Positions 24,414 through 37,874 are shown, numbered from the whole stretch's first letter. The stretch is DNA of 60,300 nucleotides, filler included, from Sphacelaria rigidula (GCA_964200075.2; 7 parts of 7 records of this genome joined end to end with filler, not necessarily neighbours in it), one strand, 5' to 3'. The notes: generated by a model from the sequence alone, not told the origin. Numbers and translations: made by a program.

Positions 24414-24423
24414 GTGTGCGCAG

Positions 24424-24582
24424 GCGAGGGCGGAGATCAAGCGCATTGATACGAGACTGACCACGACTTCTATGAAGCTGGTGGAGGAGAAGGCCCAGCT
24501 GCGCCGAAAGGAGCATCTCAAGGCCAGGGTCAAGGATCTGGCTAGCTTCGAGGCATCCCTTGCCGATATTCAGGCTCTCAAG
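24424..24582 (+). CDS. Internal exon of a coiled-coil protein resembling Bfr1 / proton pump-interactor 1 family
   Basis: cag|ARAEIKRIDTRLTTTSMKLVEEKAQLRRKEHLKARVKDLASFEASLADIQALK|gtgcat; 159 nt, phase 0-0, GC3-rich codons. The TxxMKLVEEK motif is recalled from the Bfr1 family. Confidence 0.65.
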
Positions 24583-25788
24583 GTGCATATGTTTTTGCGA
24601 TAGGCGTGTGGGGTGGATCGTGCCCGTACTTGAGCAAGAGATAGTCTAAGAAGGCCTACTGCTGATGAAATTTAGTTAGGTGGATCATGTATTGTCTACG
24701 TTACACCACATTTTCCCGGGCGTGGGTCGAAAATAATCAAGACCCATCGGCCGTAGCTGCTGGAACCTCCATCTCGTCTCTGAACCCGCTGGTGCGACCC
24801 AACCCTAACAAAAGTTAGGTTTACACCCCCACTAATTTGATGTCGTAAAATCGATTTTTGGGTTTACAGTTCTGATGAACTATCTGCCATATGTCGAAAG
24901 TGGATATGCCATATTCACAAAATGGTCATCCACAATTTTTAGAATAACCCACCCCAAATTGGAGTCTTGCACTAAATTTCCTGTCAGATCCCGTTTTTCA
25001 GTCTTCTCAATTTTTGTATGAACTCCCGGTGCACCTCACTAGCCTCCGTGATCGTGGATCTGCTCTAAGTGCGCTCCTGCCCCGTTACCTGGAGGGGTAT
25101 GGTCAATGGTTCAGCAAGGAAGGCCTTCAGGACAAAAAATAAATGAATGAAAAAAGCATACAGCAGCGCGGAAAGTTAACTGCTGGCCTGTTTGTGTGAA
25201 GTTGATTGCAGAAACGCTCATCCTGTCGCTTGTTTGTTTACGCCTTACTCTCGCTCAAGCTGGCATTTTTGTTACAGTACTTCCAGTTACAAAAGGAGAC
25301 GTAATCAATTTATTTGTTTATTGTTTTTTTTTCTGAGTGTATCTGTCGCAACGTATTTGCCACCATCTACCCTCCCTTGTTTGAAAATACATTATTGGAC
25401 TTGTTGTCTTCCTCTGCGTTGATACCATTATACAGACGATGCACTCCATCGGGGATGCCAACAGAGTATTCTCAATGTTGAAACGGTCCCTCATGTCATG
25501 AAGCACGCCTTCGCTATGGCCTACTACTAGTCGGAACTTTGTGCCCCCCCCCTCCCCTTGCGCGGTGAGACACCGATGAGGCGATGTGTAACCCGTGGCT
25601 GTCTCTGGAAGTGGCGACACCAGCAAATTAAGTAACTCATTCGAGGCTGTCATCCATATGCAAACACTCAGTCCGCTTCGGGCCGAACAATCTTAGCAGG
25701 ATGCAGCTCACTCTTCATGCGACTCGTCGAACACGTCACGGTGCTTCGCGCTTGGTGATTGATTGCGAGCCTGGTCCGGCGAAAACCC

Positions 25789-25888
25789 NNNNNNNNNNNN
25801 NNNNNNNNNNNNNNNNNNNNNNNNNNNNNNNNTTAATTAATTAANNNNNNNNNNNNNNNNNNNNNNNNNNNNNNNNNNNNNNNNNNNN
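25789..25888. other. Artificial contig spacer
   Basis: Identical N44-TTAATTAATTAA-N44. Confidence 0.98.
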
Positions 25889-26001
25889 GGGGGGTGGGGG
25901 CGGGGGAGCGGGGGGGGGGGGGGGGGCGGGGGGCATCCTAAGGTAGACCTTTGAGCGTTGCTTCCTGATGAAATAATACGGTACTGTACAACAGAACCAT
26001 A

Positions 26002-29000
26002 TTATATGGCAGCTACTCCGAATACAGTCATGTATGGGCACGGCATCCTGCTGTTCACAGCCAGTCGACATCCGAAAGCTTTCAACTTGTTGAGAGAAAA
26101 CTCGTCAAAGGCATCAAGAACATCTGCGTAGCTGGTATACGGCGCTGCAAACAATAACTGGAAGGAGATACGTAGCGCTTGGTTCGGTGGGCGTTGTGGA
26201 CAGGCACAAGCGGCCGTGCTGGAAGCTGTGTTTACCGTAGTGAGGAGCTGCAGAAAAAGACGGAGATCGGCGATTAATACTACACAAGCCATGAAGCATC
26301 AACTTAAAAATGGTAGCCGTGACGCGCAGAAGACGAAACCTCCACATAGGTCGCGGCTACAAGCTTCCAACACTCAGCTGGAAAAAATACGCACATGGTT
26401 CTTCCACGATACCTGCCCCCCCCAAAGCCAACCCAAAACTGTCACAAGAAAAAGGGCTGTGCAGCCCCCAATATGTTTGGTTTCAGGCTGCATGAAGCGC
26501 CTCATATGGGCGACTTGGGCGAAAACGAACTCAAGCGTGGGAATTCCTAGCTGCTCGTTGTGCTCGGCTTTTTCCAATTCGATCCACGTGTAGATTTCGC
26601 CTCCCGAAACCAGCCACTTTTCAGGGGGGGGGGGGCTATCGTAGAAAGCGTTACATACCTGACTGTCCCTCAGAACTGCTCACATAACTGCCATCATCCG
26701 AGTAACCGTCTCCGTCAGAGAACCCTTTTCCTTCCCCACCGCTCTCTTCGCCCTCCCCGCCGCCATCCCTGTCATCATTGTGGCCGCAGGGGCTATCGGC
26801 GCTCTGAACCCCGGTGTCGTCATCGCGAGGACTAATGGGCACTCCTTCACCACCGTCTTCCTCTCCCTCGTCATCCGCATCCACGTCTTCCGCCAGCTGC
26901 TCCGTCAGTAGAGGGTCGGGAAGTCCGCCCCTACCGTGGCCGTGTAATACTCCGTCATCCGCGACCCCTTCCATGAGGTCGTCCCAGGCGTGCTCGAAAA
27001 CTGCATCGTCGTCTTCTTCCTCCGCTGCCACGCCGAACGCCTCGACGTGAAGACTGTCGCCGTCTCCGGGGAGAGGGGTATCGGTCGCCCCTCTTTTCAC
27101 TCGCATTAACGCGCGGTCGCTACGTTTGCCAACGCCTCTACCCGGTGATGCGAGTTCGCCGTCCCTAAATAACTCGTCTTCCGACGATTCTTCGTCAGCG
27201 TCGGCGCCTGCATCGGAACCCCAGCTGTAGCTGTCGCCACTACTATCACCGCCGCCGCCGGTGAGGTACAGACTACGCTCACCGGGTAAGCCGTCTAGTG
27301 GCTTCACGCCGCCCTGCTCTTCCCCGTCCATGTCTCCTAGCACGAACAAGACAGGGTCACCTTCATCATCATCGCTACCACCACTGCCATCGTCATCATT
27401 GTCGTCATTGTCTTCGTGCTCTGCGTCAAAGTCACCATCAGTTGGTTCTAATACCTCTACTATATCGCCGCCGCCAGCAAAGCCACTATCAGTGGTACCT
27501 TCATCAGCACCCCTCCCTACGGTTTGTGCGCTGCCGTCGTCCACATGCCCCCAGCCTCCCAACTCCTGTGGCCGCCCGGGGCCGGTGACTCTGGCAGGCC
27601 AAGCGTTACCACCCCTGCTCTCGTGCTGGTCAAAAGTCCCAGTTGCAGCGGTGTTACAAGACGGAGAGCCGTGGCGGCCTTCCTCCAGTGTCGTTCTCGG
27701 CTTCGTCTTGTCGCACCAAGGAAGCTTTGTCTCGGTGACCCCACCACTTCCAACAGTGCTCACCCTGGCTAGTGGAATAGGTCCTGCCTCGTTTTGGCGG
27801 GCCCTGTCACCGCCCCGCCCGTCATCAGTAGCGCACCCCGCGTCTTCATTTTTCCGCGCCCGCGCTTGTTGCTCTTCTCCTTCCCGCTGCTGCTGTTGCA
27901 GAAGTACGTACTCTTCCTGGGGAGAACTCGCGGGTAACGGCGCCCCCCGCGCTTCCGCCGAGTTCAGCATACACCTATCGTCGCTCAAGTTGAAACCGTT
28001 CGAAAACACCGCAGGCCGTGGCAACCCGCCACCGCCGCCGCGGTCCACGCGATCGGGTTGGCAGCTGCACGCAACAACATCGCCCACTACTGTGTCAACA
28101 AGACCCGGATAAATGACATCACTTGCAGCGGTACCACTACTGCCAACAAAGGGAACAACCTCGTCGGCTACGGCCTTGACGTGCTCCTCGATGATGACGG
28201 CGTGTCCGAAGGGCGCGGCAACTTCGTCTTCCTCCTCCGATTGCGTCGGCGGACCGATGACTACGCCCGCAACCGCGCCCGCCGGGCCAGGCGGGGGAGC
28301 GGCGGCGGCGACTCCCCCACTCTCTCCGCGCGGAGGGCAAGCGCCGACGGCGGGGTCTTCGAGGAGAGCGGGGTCGGCGGCGACCACGGCGGCCGCTTGA
28401 GTGCCTCCCACGTCCTGCTTGTCTAGTGAGGAAAGTGGAGACAGAGACATACCAGCAGCGGCGCCGCTGACGTTGTCGCAAGATGACGGGGCGGTGGTTG
28501 CTTCCCCTGTAGGAGATGATACTTCCATGTTGTCATCGTCGCATCGCACGGGGTCCTCATCATCACTCTCTACTAAACGGGGTGCGGCGGCGGTCGGTGT
28601 AGGTACAGCAGAAGCAACAGTCGAGATCGACTCTTGTGTGCTGTCATCATCTGCGGCTGTGACCATGTAGCTCTCGTCCAGAATTGCGTCCGCCATTGCG
28701 TCTGTGTCGAATCCGCCTATGTACGCGATAAGTACGGGATAAGTACGGGACAAGACCCGGAGTCAAGTCATTCGACAGTCACAGACGAAGCCCGAAGACA
28801 TGTTCAACTCGGCGAAACAAAGAGATGGGCAATTGCCGCTTTTTCTTAGCTAGTTGCTGTTGGTTACAATAACGACGTACTGGCCTATTATTGTTATTAT
28901 GAGGCTGAGGGTCAGCCGTAAAGTTTGCTATAATCGCGACTTTACTCAAAATGGATTACCTGGTTGTTGCTGTTCCGTTTGCTGATTTCCGTTGGCTGCC

Positions 29001-29410
29001 GGGCTACCGCTGCCGCCGCCGCTGCGTTGACGATGTTCAACACTGTTATCGCGCATAGCCTCAGCAATTACATCTACCACGGATCGACACCGCACTACCA
29101 CCCTCTCCTTTTCTTCTTTCTCCTCCACCTCCGTCTCCGCCGCCGCTACCGTTTCACTAAAACCGTTCCTCCAGCTCACGCGGGCTGTGCTGTTGCCCAA
29201 GGGCTGAACCACCACTGCCGCCGCTGCTGCTGCCGCTGCCGCTGCCGCCTTACCAATAACCCCACTGCAAGGCTCCACCGACAGTGACTCGTTTGCGGTA
29301 GAAATGTGCACGGCTGGCTGCTCGCCGCCGATGACTCGAGAATACGTCCCACCCGCCCCGCCTGACACCACCTCCTTCGAAGTTTGCGCCGCAGCGGCCG
29401 TGCTGGCCAT
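26002..29410 (-). CDS. Three-exon gene for a ~883-aa acidic, low-complexity, probably disordered protein of unknown function
   Basis: Exons 29410-28960 (ATG...CCA G|gtaatc), 28716-26659 (atag|...TCA G|gtatgt) and 26144-26002 (ttgcag|...TAA). Both introns are phase 1; 2652 nt total. Rich in D, E, G, A and S. The start codon and last exon are less certain. Confidence 0.72.
26404..26643. mobile_element. Same MITE family, inside intron 2 of the acidic-protein gene
   Basis: Internal ccaaaactgtcacaagaaaa...gaagcgcctcat...agctgctcg.tgtgctcggct shared with 19665-19922. Confidence 0.7.
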
Positions 29411-32400
29411 CCCCTGCCTTTTCAACGTCGGCGGCGTTCTCTGAACTACCGGCCTTGACTCGGAGACCCGTTACCCCACAGCCCTGGTGATAACTTATCT
29501 TTGCAAGGAGTCGTTTGAGCGTGCGAGCTGTGTTTTTGGGCGCCCTTCAAATGCGTTTGACAAATGACTTCTGTTATTTAGGAGTACTGCAGAAGTTTTT
29601 AATCAATTGCGCTTGGTAGACTGTTGTAGAAGTTAGACAGCGGCTTTGATGCGGGAGAACACGCCCCGTGGTCGATTGAGCCTGCCTTTGTTGTCTGGTG
29701 TTGTGCTACAGGGTCGCAGCAGCCCTCTCTCCCCTCTGCCTCTGCTACAAAGACAACAATTCACATCAACCTCAGAGGCGTTATTCTATGACGTACGTAC
29801 TTCTGTGATCCCCTGCTGCGTTCCCGTCGGTCGCTTCACGCCGCACAACTTGTACCTGACCATTGTCTGTCCCTGCTATACCGTTGTTTGTCTGTTTGTA
29901 CTGAAACCGTCACTCCGCTCTCCCTCGACGAACCGAGCCGGAGTGTGTGTCGGGATCGACCGCCCTGCATCGTATCACATCACAAGGTACGACATGCGCG
30001 AGATTTTTAGCTGCATAGCCCAGGATAAAGAGCATTGAACGGGGATCATCTGGTTTTGTCGTCGGCTGCAGTGGGTGGGGCATGAGGGGGAGGGGGGTCG
30101 TGTGCTAAGATCGTTCCCCTCTCGGCTGTCTGCTCGGTCATTTGTGCGAATGAAAACGGCTGGTGCCCTGTGCTCGCCGAGGCGGCTTTGGGTTGATACT
30201 TGCATATTTTGGACACAACACAGACATATAGCATTGTGCAGCAAAAATGCCCCTCATGACCTTGTGTCACGTGTCTCGAACTTCGACTTTTCCCCTTGAG
30301 AGGTGCCGCACCCACCAAAGAGCGACTGCCCGAAATTTGGCTCAGACGAAAGAGCGGAGCAGCGCACGCAAGGCGACGTTGCCGCTACAAGAGGTATTGT
30401 ACGGTACCATATACCATGGCAGCACCTGATCAAGATACAATCCTGCATGTGCTGTCAAGATGCGAGGTGTGCCAAGCAGGACAGGTACGATGGGTCATAG
30501 GAAGGAGGGAAGGGGATACGGATATCTTCCCTGATTTGCCGTTGTTTGCACCGTTGTGTGTAGTACTTGTTCTCTTCTTCACATTTGAAAACTACCGTAC
30601 AACAATGGTCCATAGCATACAGTATACAGTACCACAATGTTCGCAGCATCAATAATGTTGCTCTTCAGCCAATGTTTTGGTCGACGCTGGTTGAAATGCT
30701 CGTCTCCGAACGGTTTCACATTTATCCAGTCAAGATCCAATAGATTTGATCGCGTCGGGTTGAATGCAGTCACCAGGCAAAACTAGGTGGCCGAGTACAG
30801 CGCCCCCCAACCATCCCTCCGCCGGGCGCGAGATTTCCCGACTTGACTTTTCGAAAATGTAAATCGCACCCTCTCGGAGAGGTTCTCCAAGATGGGTGGA
30901 CGACCTGCTGAGGTTTGGACGCGAATGGTCGGAAAGTCGGTCTTCGCTGGTCGCCCTCAGGCCGAGAATCTTAATTCTTCCCACAGAGGGTGTTGTTCAC
31001 CGTGATTTGAAAACAGGGACGACGACGGTACTCGATGGCAGGCGTGAGCGAGATGCAGCGAAGGGGCCCACTGCGCTTTATCTCCTTCGCGCCGACCTTG
31101 CTTTATTCGTGTTCTTGTGTGTAATTAAGAGGAGTTGATGGATTGGCTTTCCCTACGACGCACAGCATGCCAAGGGTAACTCGGGAGTCATGTTACGGTA
31201 GAGGTTGCGCATTTGGGCCCAGGCCTTTCTCATTCAGGGGCTCCCAAAGTTAGGAGCTACACAAGAATATGGGTCAGGGCATTACCGTTTTTCAACCTTT
31301 TTGGAACTCATTGCCGATTTCTGTGTTTGTGAATCGGCATCATTTTCAGTCATTTTTCAATTCAAAATGATCCTGATTCACAAAAACAAAAATCGTCTCT
31401 GGGTTCCGAAAGTTATTTCATTCGGAATATTCCTAGCCCATTGGAATGCTTATCGTGACGTGCTCTCACGTATTTCCTAAGCCGATTTCTGGACGAGACA
31501 GAGTGCTCTCGAACACTCCAGACCTCAGAAAAAATTGCACACTCCTCCCGTGGCACCAGTCTCGGGCTTAATTTTTCTATTCGTGCCATTGGTTGCCCCG
31601 ACCCCGACTCTCATAGCGAGTTTGGCAATTATCAGCGGGTCTTTTGCCCCCCCGAAATCCCCACAAAATTTTGAGGAAAAAAGTGTTCCTCCGAAAAGTG
31701 TGAGAGCAGATTTCTCGAAAAATCCAGCGTCGGGTTCTCTTCAGTACTTTTTATTTTGGGACACGCCGGGAAAAAAATAAAGAATAAAAAATAAAATTTT
31801 TCGGGAGTATTTGACATGAAAAAAAACTGAAAAACGTACGTCGTTCACGAGAGCCCTTACGGCCATTCTTAAAGATCAGTTTACCCTTAGAAACCTTGCA
31901 TGCACTTTTCCCTTTTCCACCTGGGAAAAAGGAAAAACAGTATGCCTTGGTTTGTTTCACTCTGAACAGTTGGGTTCCCCGTCCACATTCCACATCCGAT
32001 CACACCGTGTGATGCAAGAAGCGCAAGGACCCAAAACCTCATCACCGATCACCAAAAACAGCAAAATCACATCAACATGCAGTGCAGTCATGGTGTGCGC
32101 AATACAGTGGCTGTGCGTTCCCCAAACTGCTTGGAACAAGCATCCCTGCCGATATTCAGATGTGCCCACTTTGCAATTTTATGTATGGAAAAGAATAACG
32201 CCCTGAGGGAAGGATCATGCCCACCCAAATGAACCCTTAGACCGCCAGGGTAGTCCATCTGGATCATCCTTTTTTCTCAGTAGAATCGATGCCGATTCAA
32301 CAGATGGCCGGCTCTCGCCGTCGAAGAGTACAATAAGAAAGGATGCGAAATAGGTACGAAAAAGTGCAAAAATGCGGGAAAACATTACCCTTATTTGCGA

Positions 32401-32604
32401 AACTTCGAGAACGAGGTTTAATCTAGACCACAGTACTAATAAGACGACCCAGTCGCATACAGTGAGATCACTATTATTCTTATGGAGAGGAGTCAGATGA
32501 GCACTCAGATCACCTGATGTTATTGCTCAGGATGTGTCCGGTAATTTGGGCCTCACATTACGTTGACGTTCAGGTCGCCCTTGATCCGTGTCATGGCTGT
32601 GTGA

Positions 32605-32730
32605 GAGTCATGATCTAATCCGCGATACCAAAATCCAAAGCGTGTGCCGGGGAAAAGGTGAATTGATCCCCAGAGACCACGGATTAGTCCCGGAGGAAGG
32701 GAGGGATTGAAAGTAGAAAGAAGAAAAACT
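32605..32730 (+). mobile_element. SINE family 2, 3' fragment
   Basis: catga..aatccgcgataccaaa...gatccc..gaccacgga...gaggaag..gagggatt matches the reverse complement of 21445-21565. Confidence 0.6.
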
Positions 32731-33189
32731 GACAAAAAAATCGATTAATGATTTCGGCAAATACTCGAGCCGACGGAAAATTATTTCGTGCCCGTGCGCC
32801 CACTGTCCTGGGTACAGTGGAAGAATGTACCCGCTGTCCGCGAGTCCCTTTTTATATGGACGTCAAAATCGCACGCGACTTTCTGTATTTCACACAGTAA
32901 AATAACAAAAGCCTGTCGGCATTGCAGCACAGCACCGTCATTGGTCCGGCTCTCTCTCACACACACATACGAAAAACACAAAACACCCATATTCCGGTCA
33001 GCCCAGTGCCTAACGTCTCTTGCCGTGAAAGCGTGCCGTTCTGGGTTAACTACCCAGAACTGTACACGGTAAGACATGGAATCATGGTTCCTTTGGCTGC
33101 AGCGGATTAACTAGATGCCACCGCTGTAGTTGGGGGTGGGGGAGGAGGAGGGGTGATTACCAGCTCGCTGTATCTGATACGCCTACTTT

Positions 33190-33846
33190 CAAGCCCAGGG
33201 CTGCCTCTGTTGAACGTCGTCATTTTCCATCCCTGTCCAGGTGTTTGCCACGATTCCTTTGGGTGAACAAGGGGCTTTCCACCCCCTGTCCGTCACTCCT
33301 CTTCACAGCCCAGTCTTGGAGTCCCGTAAGACCCGTCCAGTCTCTGTCTACGGGACGCATTACACGCCCCATGGCTCCCCACTAAGAAGCTGTTGCCGGT
33401 ACACCCACCATCCTTAGCACCGTGTGGAGTATCCGCTTTCCGAGTCCCTTTCGCATTGGGAGCCAGGGTAGGGCCGGTTTTTGCCTTCTTCGTCGCACAT
33501 GTGAGGTAAGTCAGGCGTCGAAGATGTCATCGCCGGCCAAGAGTAACAAAGCGAAGCTAGTCCTACGGTTGATGCCGGAATTGAGGGGACTCGCTGACAG
33601 CGGGTACGTTTCGCTTTACCCGTCACGGTGGGCGTACGGGGAATAGCTTCTTACTTGGTGGAGTGCCACGGGACGTGAAATGGGTCTGATGTGCGTGTAA
33701 CGATCGTACCGGACTGCAAGACTGGATTGTGAAAAATGAGCGGCTGACGGGGGTGCGGAAAGCCCACTGTTCACCCAGAAAAAATATGACACTCACCCGG
33801 ACAGGGGTGGACAATGGCGATGTTCAAGACGGCCAGCCTGAACTTG
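33190..33846. mobile_element. Non-autonomous DNA transposon with ~60-bp terminal inverted repeats
   Basis: Left caagcccagggctgcctctgttgaacgtcgtcattttccatccctgtccaggtg versus reverse complement of right caagttcaggctggccgtcttgaacatcgccattgtccacccctgtccgggtg. Confidence 0.75.
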
Positions 33847-34416
33847 TAATTAGGCGTACCGCATGTAAAGAGTGGTGGTCATCATATCTGAACAACGTGC
33901 TGAGAACACCTGAGGTCTCCGAGGGTAAAATGGTCTTGATTTGAGCATGCAAACTGCATGCTTTTGTTGTTTTTATACTTGATATTGATGTTAGAAAACA
34001 AACAACAATTTATGACCCCCTTCGTTTAGGTTTCGGAATCTACCCCTGACAGACGCATATATTACGCGCCAACAAACAACGCAGTCTTACGCCTAAAGAA
34101 AAAAAAAAAATCTAGATTCGGAACAGAATCCGACATCTTTTCGGCCCGATACGCACGCACCCACAACGCTACCCCAGATTTTACAACATGAGGTTGTTGC
34201 CTATAGTCTACACGACATGCGTACGAAGTTTCAGCGCGTAAAAGTACCGACAGCGCGTGTACGGCCGTGCCTCCTGATTTGAGGACCTCTACAGACAATA
34301 CCCGAATTTGTACCGCACAGAATGTCATCATCCGCAATGGGTGCCAGCACAGATCGATGTTTGTTTCACGGCGCAGAAGCTGAATAGTACGTTTTAACGT
34401 GGAAGTGAAGGCACCC

Positions 34417-34516
34417 NNNNNNNNNNNNNNNNNNNNNNNNNNNNNNNNNNNNNNNNNNNNTTAATTAATTAANNNNNNNNNNNNNNNNNNNNNNNNNNNN
34501 NNNNNNNNNNNNNNNN
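34417..34516. other. Artificial contig spacer
   Basis: Identical N44-TTAATTAATTAA-N44. Confidence 0.98.
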
Positions 34517-35269
34517 GGTACCTAGCTGTCTTCCCCTCCATATGCCCCCCCCCCCCCTCCCCCACTTTTCTTTTTGTGTTTCTCTTGTCTTCTTGTGAGT
34601 GAAATAGTTGTATTTTCAATGCATGTGGACTGGGTTGAATCGCCTCCCCGTTTGGACGATTAAGTTGTGTACGCTGTGTACATATCATTGCCGAGTTTCC
34701 CCCGCCTGGATGGCCATGGCTACGTGTCCTTCTGCATGTTGAGGGCACGATCATTGTTAGAGTTGGCCGTGTTTGTATTTTGAGGCTTGATTGATATAGT
34801 TCTGGAACTGTACTGCATTTGTTCGAACGACTGCTTCATGTATCCATTTGGTACCATGACCAAGTGACCCATCCGCATAGAAACCGATCGTTCTTCCGTT
34901 TCGACACTTAGTACGACCAACCATTCAAGCCCGCCGTACGGTATTTTCTGGAAACTCTAAAACATGAAGTTTAACATTCGACGAGCCACCCGTAATTAGC
35001 GCGCTGGTGAATTGATTGAGGACTTTGTGAACGTCTTCATCGAGCGATGCCACAAACTGCGAATATCCCCACAGTTTTACTCTCTTCTGTTCTCGTTCGG
35101 ATAGACGTCTATCGAGACAAGAGACCGCATTGTCACTGTCCCACCTCGTTGTGGTAATTCCCTTTTGTGCAAGGATACGCGCAACAGATTTATCTCGGAT
35201 AGCTGTGGGCACCTCGGCCACCTATTTCTTTCTTCTCTCTTTTCTTTTGTTTGCTCCTGTGCCTCTCCG

Positions 35270-35675
35270 GCATTCTCGCAAGGCCTGCCGATACCCTAAG
35301 GGCGGTTCTAGTGAACTGGTGGGACAACCCAAAGTCCTTGTTTTGCTCAAACCAACATTTACGCAAGGCTGACCGACACCCTAAGGACGTCCCACGTATA
35401 TTTTTACATTACGTTACCCGCTACTTTCCCCAAAATTTGCGCACAGATGACAGATACCCTGAGGGTATCCTCGATGAATTGTGATGTGTTCTAACGGTGT
35501 CTTGTTTCTTCATTCAACTTTACTGTTTCCAACATTTGCGCCAACGAATGGACGATACTCCAAGGGTATCATAAGTAATTTGTCATGAGTTTTGGTTTTT
35601 CTTCCCGTTAATCGCTCTCTTTTCTCGACATTTGCGCTAACGAAAGATCGACACCCCAAGGGTTTTTTCAGTGAA
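35270..35675. repeat. Degenerate ~85-100-bp minisatellite, 5 units
   Basis: Recurring (a)catttgcgc...gataccctgagggtatc-like palindromic core. Confidence 0.65.
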
Positions 35676-37874
35676 GTGTTACGCGGCGACCGCTGCTGCA
35701 TGCTCCTCGAGCATATACCACGAACTACCTCGTCAGTCCATACCATCGGCACGAGTATTGCATGTACGATCTCACTGTTGGGGTGACATATCCTTGATTA
35801 TTATGCCTTGGTGGGCTCCTTGATACTGAGTTACGTGACATCCTACCGCGCGTAATGCGCTTCCCCTACGATGCTCGTTTCGACCGTTTGTATTGCACTC
35901 CTAACTGGCTATGGAGGAAGGTAATACATCTACATTGTCTATGTTAGAGACTGGTCAACAGTGCGGCCATCCGGATCATGCGCTGATCCTGAGAGTCGTT
36001 TCTTGTCCGATGCGAAGGTGACTTTTGATTTACTTCCATTTTTCTATAGGTGTGAGAGGTTGTTGTGAAACGTGTGTCTTCGCAGCTCCTGAAGAGCTGC
36101 TGCAGAGACACGCTTCAGAGTGGGCTATTGTTACGGCACTTGAAGGCAAGGTTCCGGATAGGGTACGCCGTGTACAATCGTTGCGCACAGCTGTGTACAC
36201 GTAGTTTCATCAAATGGATGAGACCTCAGGATTCGAATTGACAGTAATGGATTTTGCAGATGACTCATCGTCGATTTCGCCTGTTCATAGCGCACGAATT
36301 TCATTTGAGAGTTGGATATTAACGACTCCGACCTGGGCATGATCAACGGGTGAATTACAGAAGAGGCATCCAGGGATATCGTTGGTTTCGCGGAGCATCA
36401 TCCGGTGCTCGGCAGATTGTTAGAGGCCAATCTAGCGGCCAGCGGCTATACCCGGCTTTCATGAGTGTTCCTTGCTTCGGGTATATCGTCGAGTTCTGTT
36501 CAGAAGAGGACTGATCAGGGCTGGTTGAGCAGAGCTTGCTATGAACGTTGTTTGGGCGTTAGTTTGGTTAAATCCTGGTTCTTGGTGTGAGAATGACTAC
36601 ATGTGCGAGGTGTGTCTCGGTAGTGAAATGGCACGAGTCCCAATCGCCTGTCACTCTTAGTTTGGGCCTAACCAATGACCTTCTTCCACCGAACCCTCGA
36701 GTCCCTGTTGATGAGACTTGTTTGTGGGTGAGGCTTGCTTGTTCATTTTGTATCCTGTTTCGATACCCACTCCCCGCCACGTTGATTGGGCTGACTGCAG
36801 TACCCCCACTGTATACGCGGTGAAGTGCAGTTCACGAAACAATCCAACAAGAGTCTTTGTTCGTGCGAATTCAGGGCGAGGCATTAGTGGGCCTATTTCC
36901 ACGGGCGTTCACACTAAATCCTACAAGAGTTCCCGGCTTACTTCCCTCGCACTGCAAACCGGGCACACGGGGTGGCGCACAATTCGCAACGGGTCTCATC
37001 AGAAGCGCGGTCACTCGTTTTGCTAGTCTTGAGAAAAAATGGTTCGCCAGCTTCAACAAAACTGTTAGCGCCAGCCAGCAAACGTTCAGCAGAGGATCAC
37101 GGATACCTGCTTGCTTTTTTCTTGTCCCAACTGATGGGAAGTTACAGGAGTGCAGTTTTTTAGTCAAGTGATTTCTCTCACTGTACGGGCTGTTTAGAGA
37201 ACCAGTTCGAAGCACTGAACTCTCTTTAATAAATCAGGTCGAACGTAATCCCTGCCAACACAAACACACGCGATATTGCCTACACCATCGGATCATTTGT
37301 TGTGTCAATACAGATGCCAACACAGAAGAACGCACGCTCTGCATTCGTACCCCACGCTCCACGGGTCAGGATTGGTGGTAGGGTTGTCGATACCCTCCCG
37401 ATACATCGGAAGGAAGAAAAATGTCTTACAATGATTTGCTTATTGTCCGCTGAGATTCTCCCCGGGCCTGATCATATCAAAGCATTTTCGTGTATCTGGG
37501 ACCAAGAGTACTCGGTAAATCCTCGGGCCTAATGGATAAAATAGTACCTCATAGAGTACCCAGTTCGTTCCGTGTCGCCCGGTGCCAATCTCTACTGCAA
37601 CAGTTGACGCGTTTGATGCAAACTGCACGACGACGGATGAGATATGTGAACACGTTGCAGCCCATGCATTGCATCATTGAATCACATTGTGTTCTGTTGC
37701 GCGTTGTTCGCACCGGCCTCGGTGGTGCATGCCCTGTTGTCAGAGCTATCGTGGTTCAGGCTGATCTACAGAGCTTGAAACACAGCGTACTGCAACAACG
37801 GCGTACAGCAGGCCGCAGCTAACACGGCAAATTGCACGCGTATCTGACGGTGACAAAAACCTCTGAGATCGATC

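Noticed and set aside
27261-28112. 283-aa plus-strand Ser/Pro-rich ORF and other overlapping ORFs
   Set aside because: Antisense shadows of the GC-rich minus-strand exon.
30296-30484. Possible plus-strand first exon (MAAPDQDTILHVLSRCEVCQAGQ|gtacga)
   Set aside because: No recognisable motif and no convincing downstream exon.
34925-35221. 98-aa minus-strand ORF as a continuation of the CCR4-like gene
   Set aside because: It has a purine-rich acceptor and none of the expected EEP motifs; more likely a transposon remnant.
35270-35675. CRISPR-like array
   Set aside because: Repeats are highly divergent, there are no cas genes, and the context is eukaryotic.
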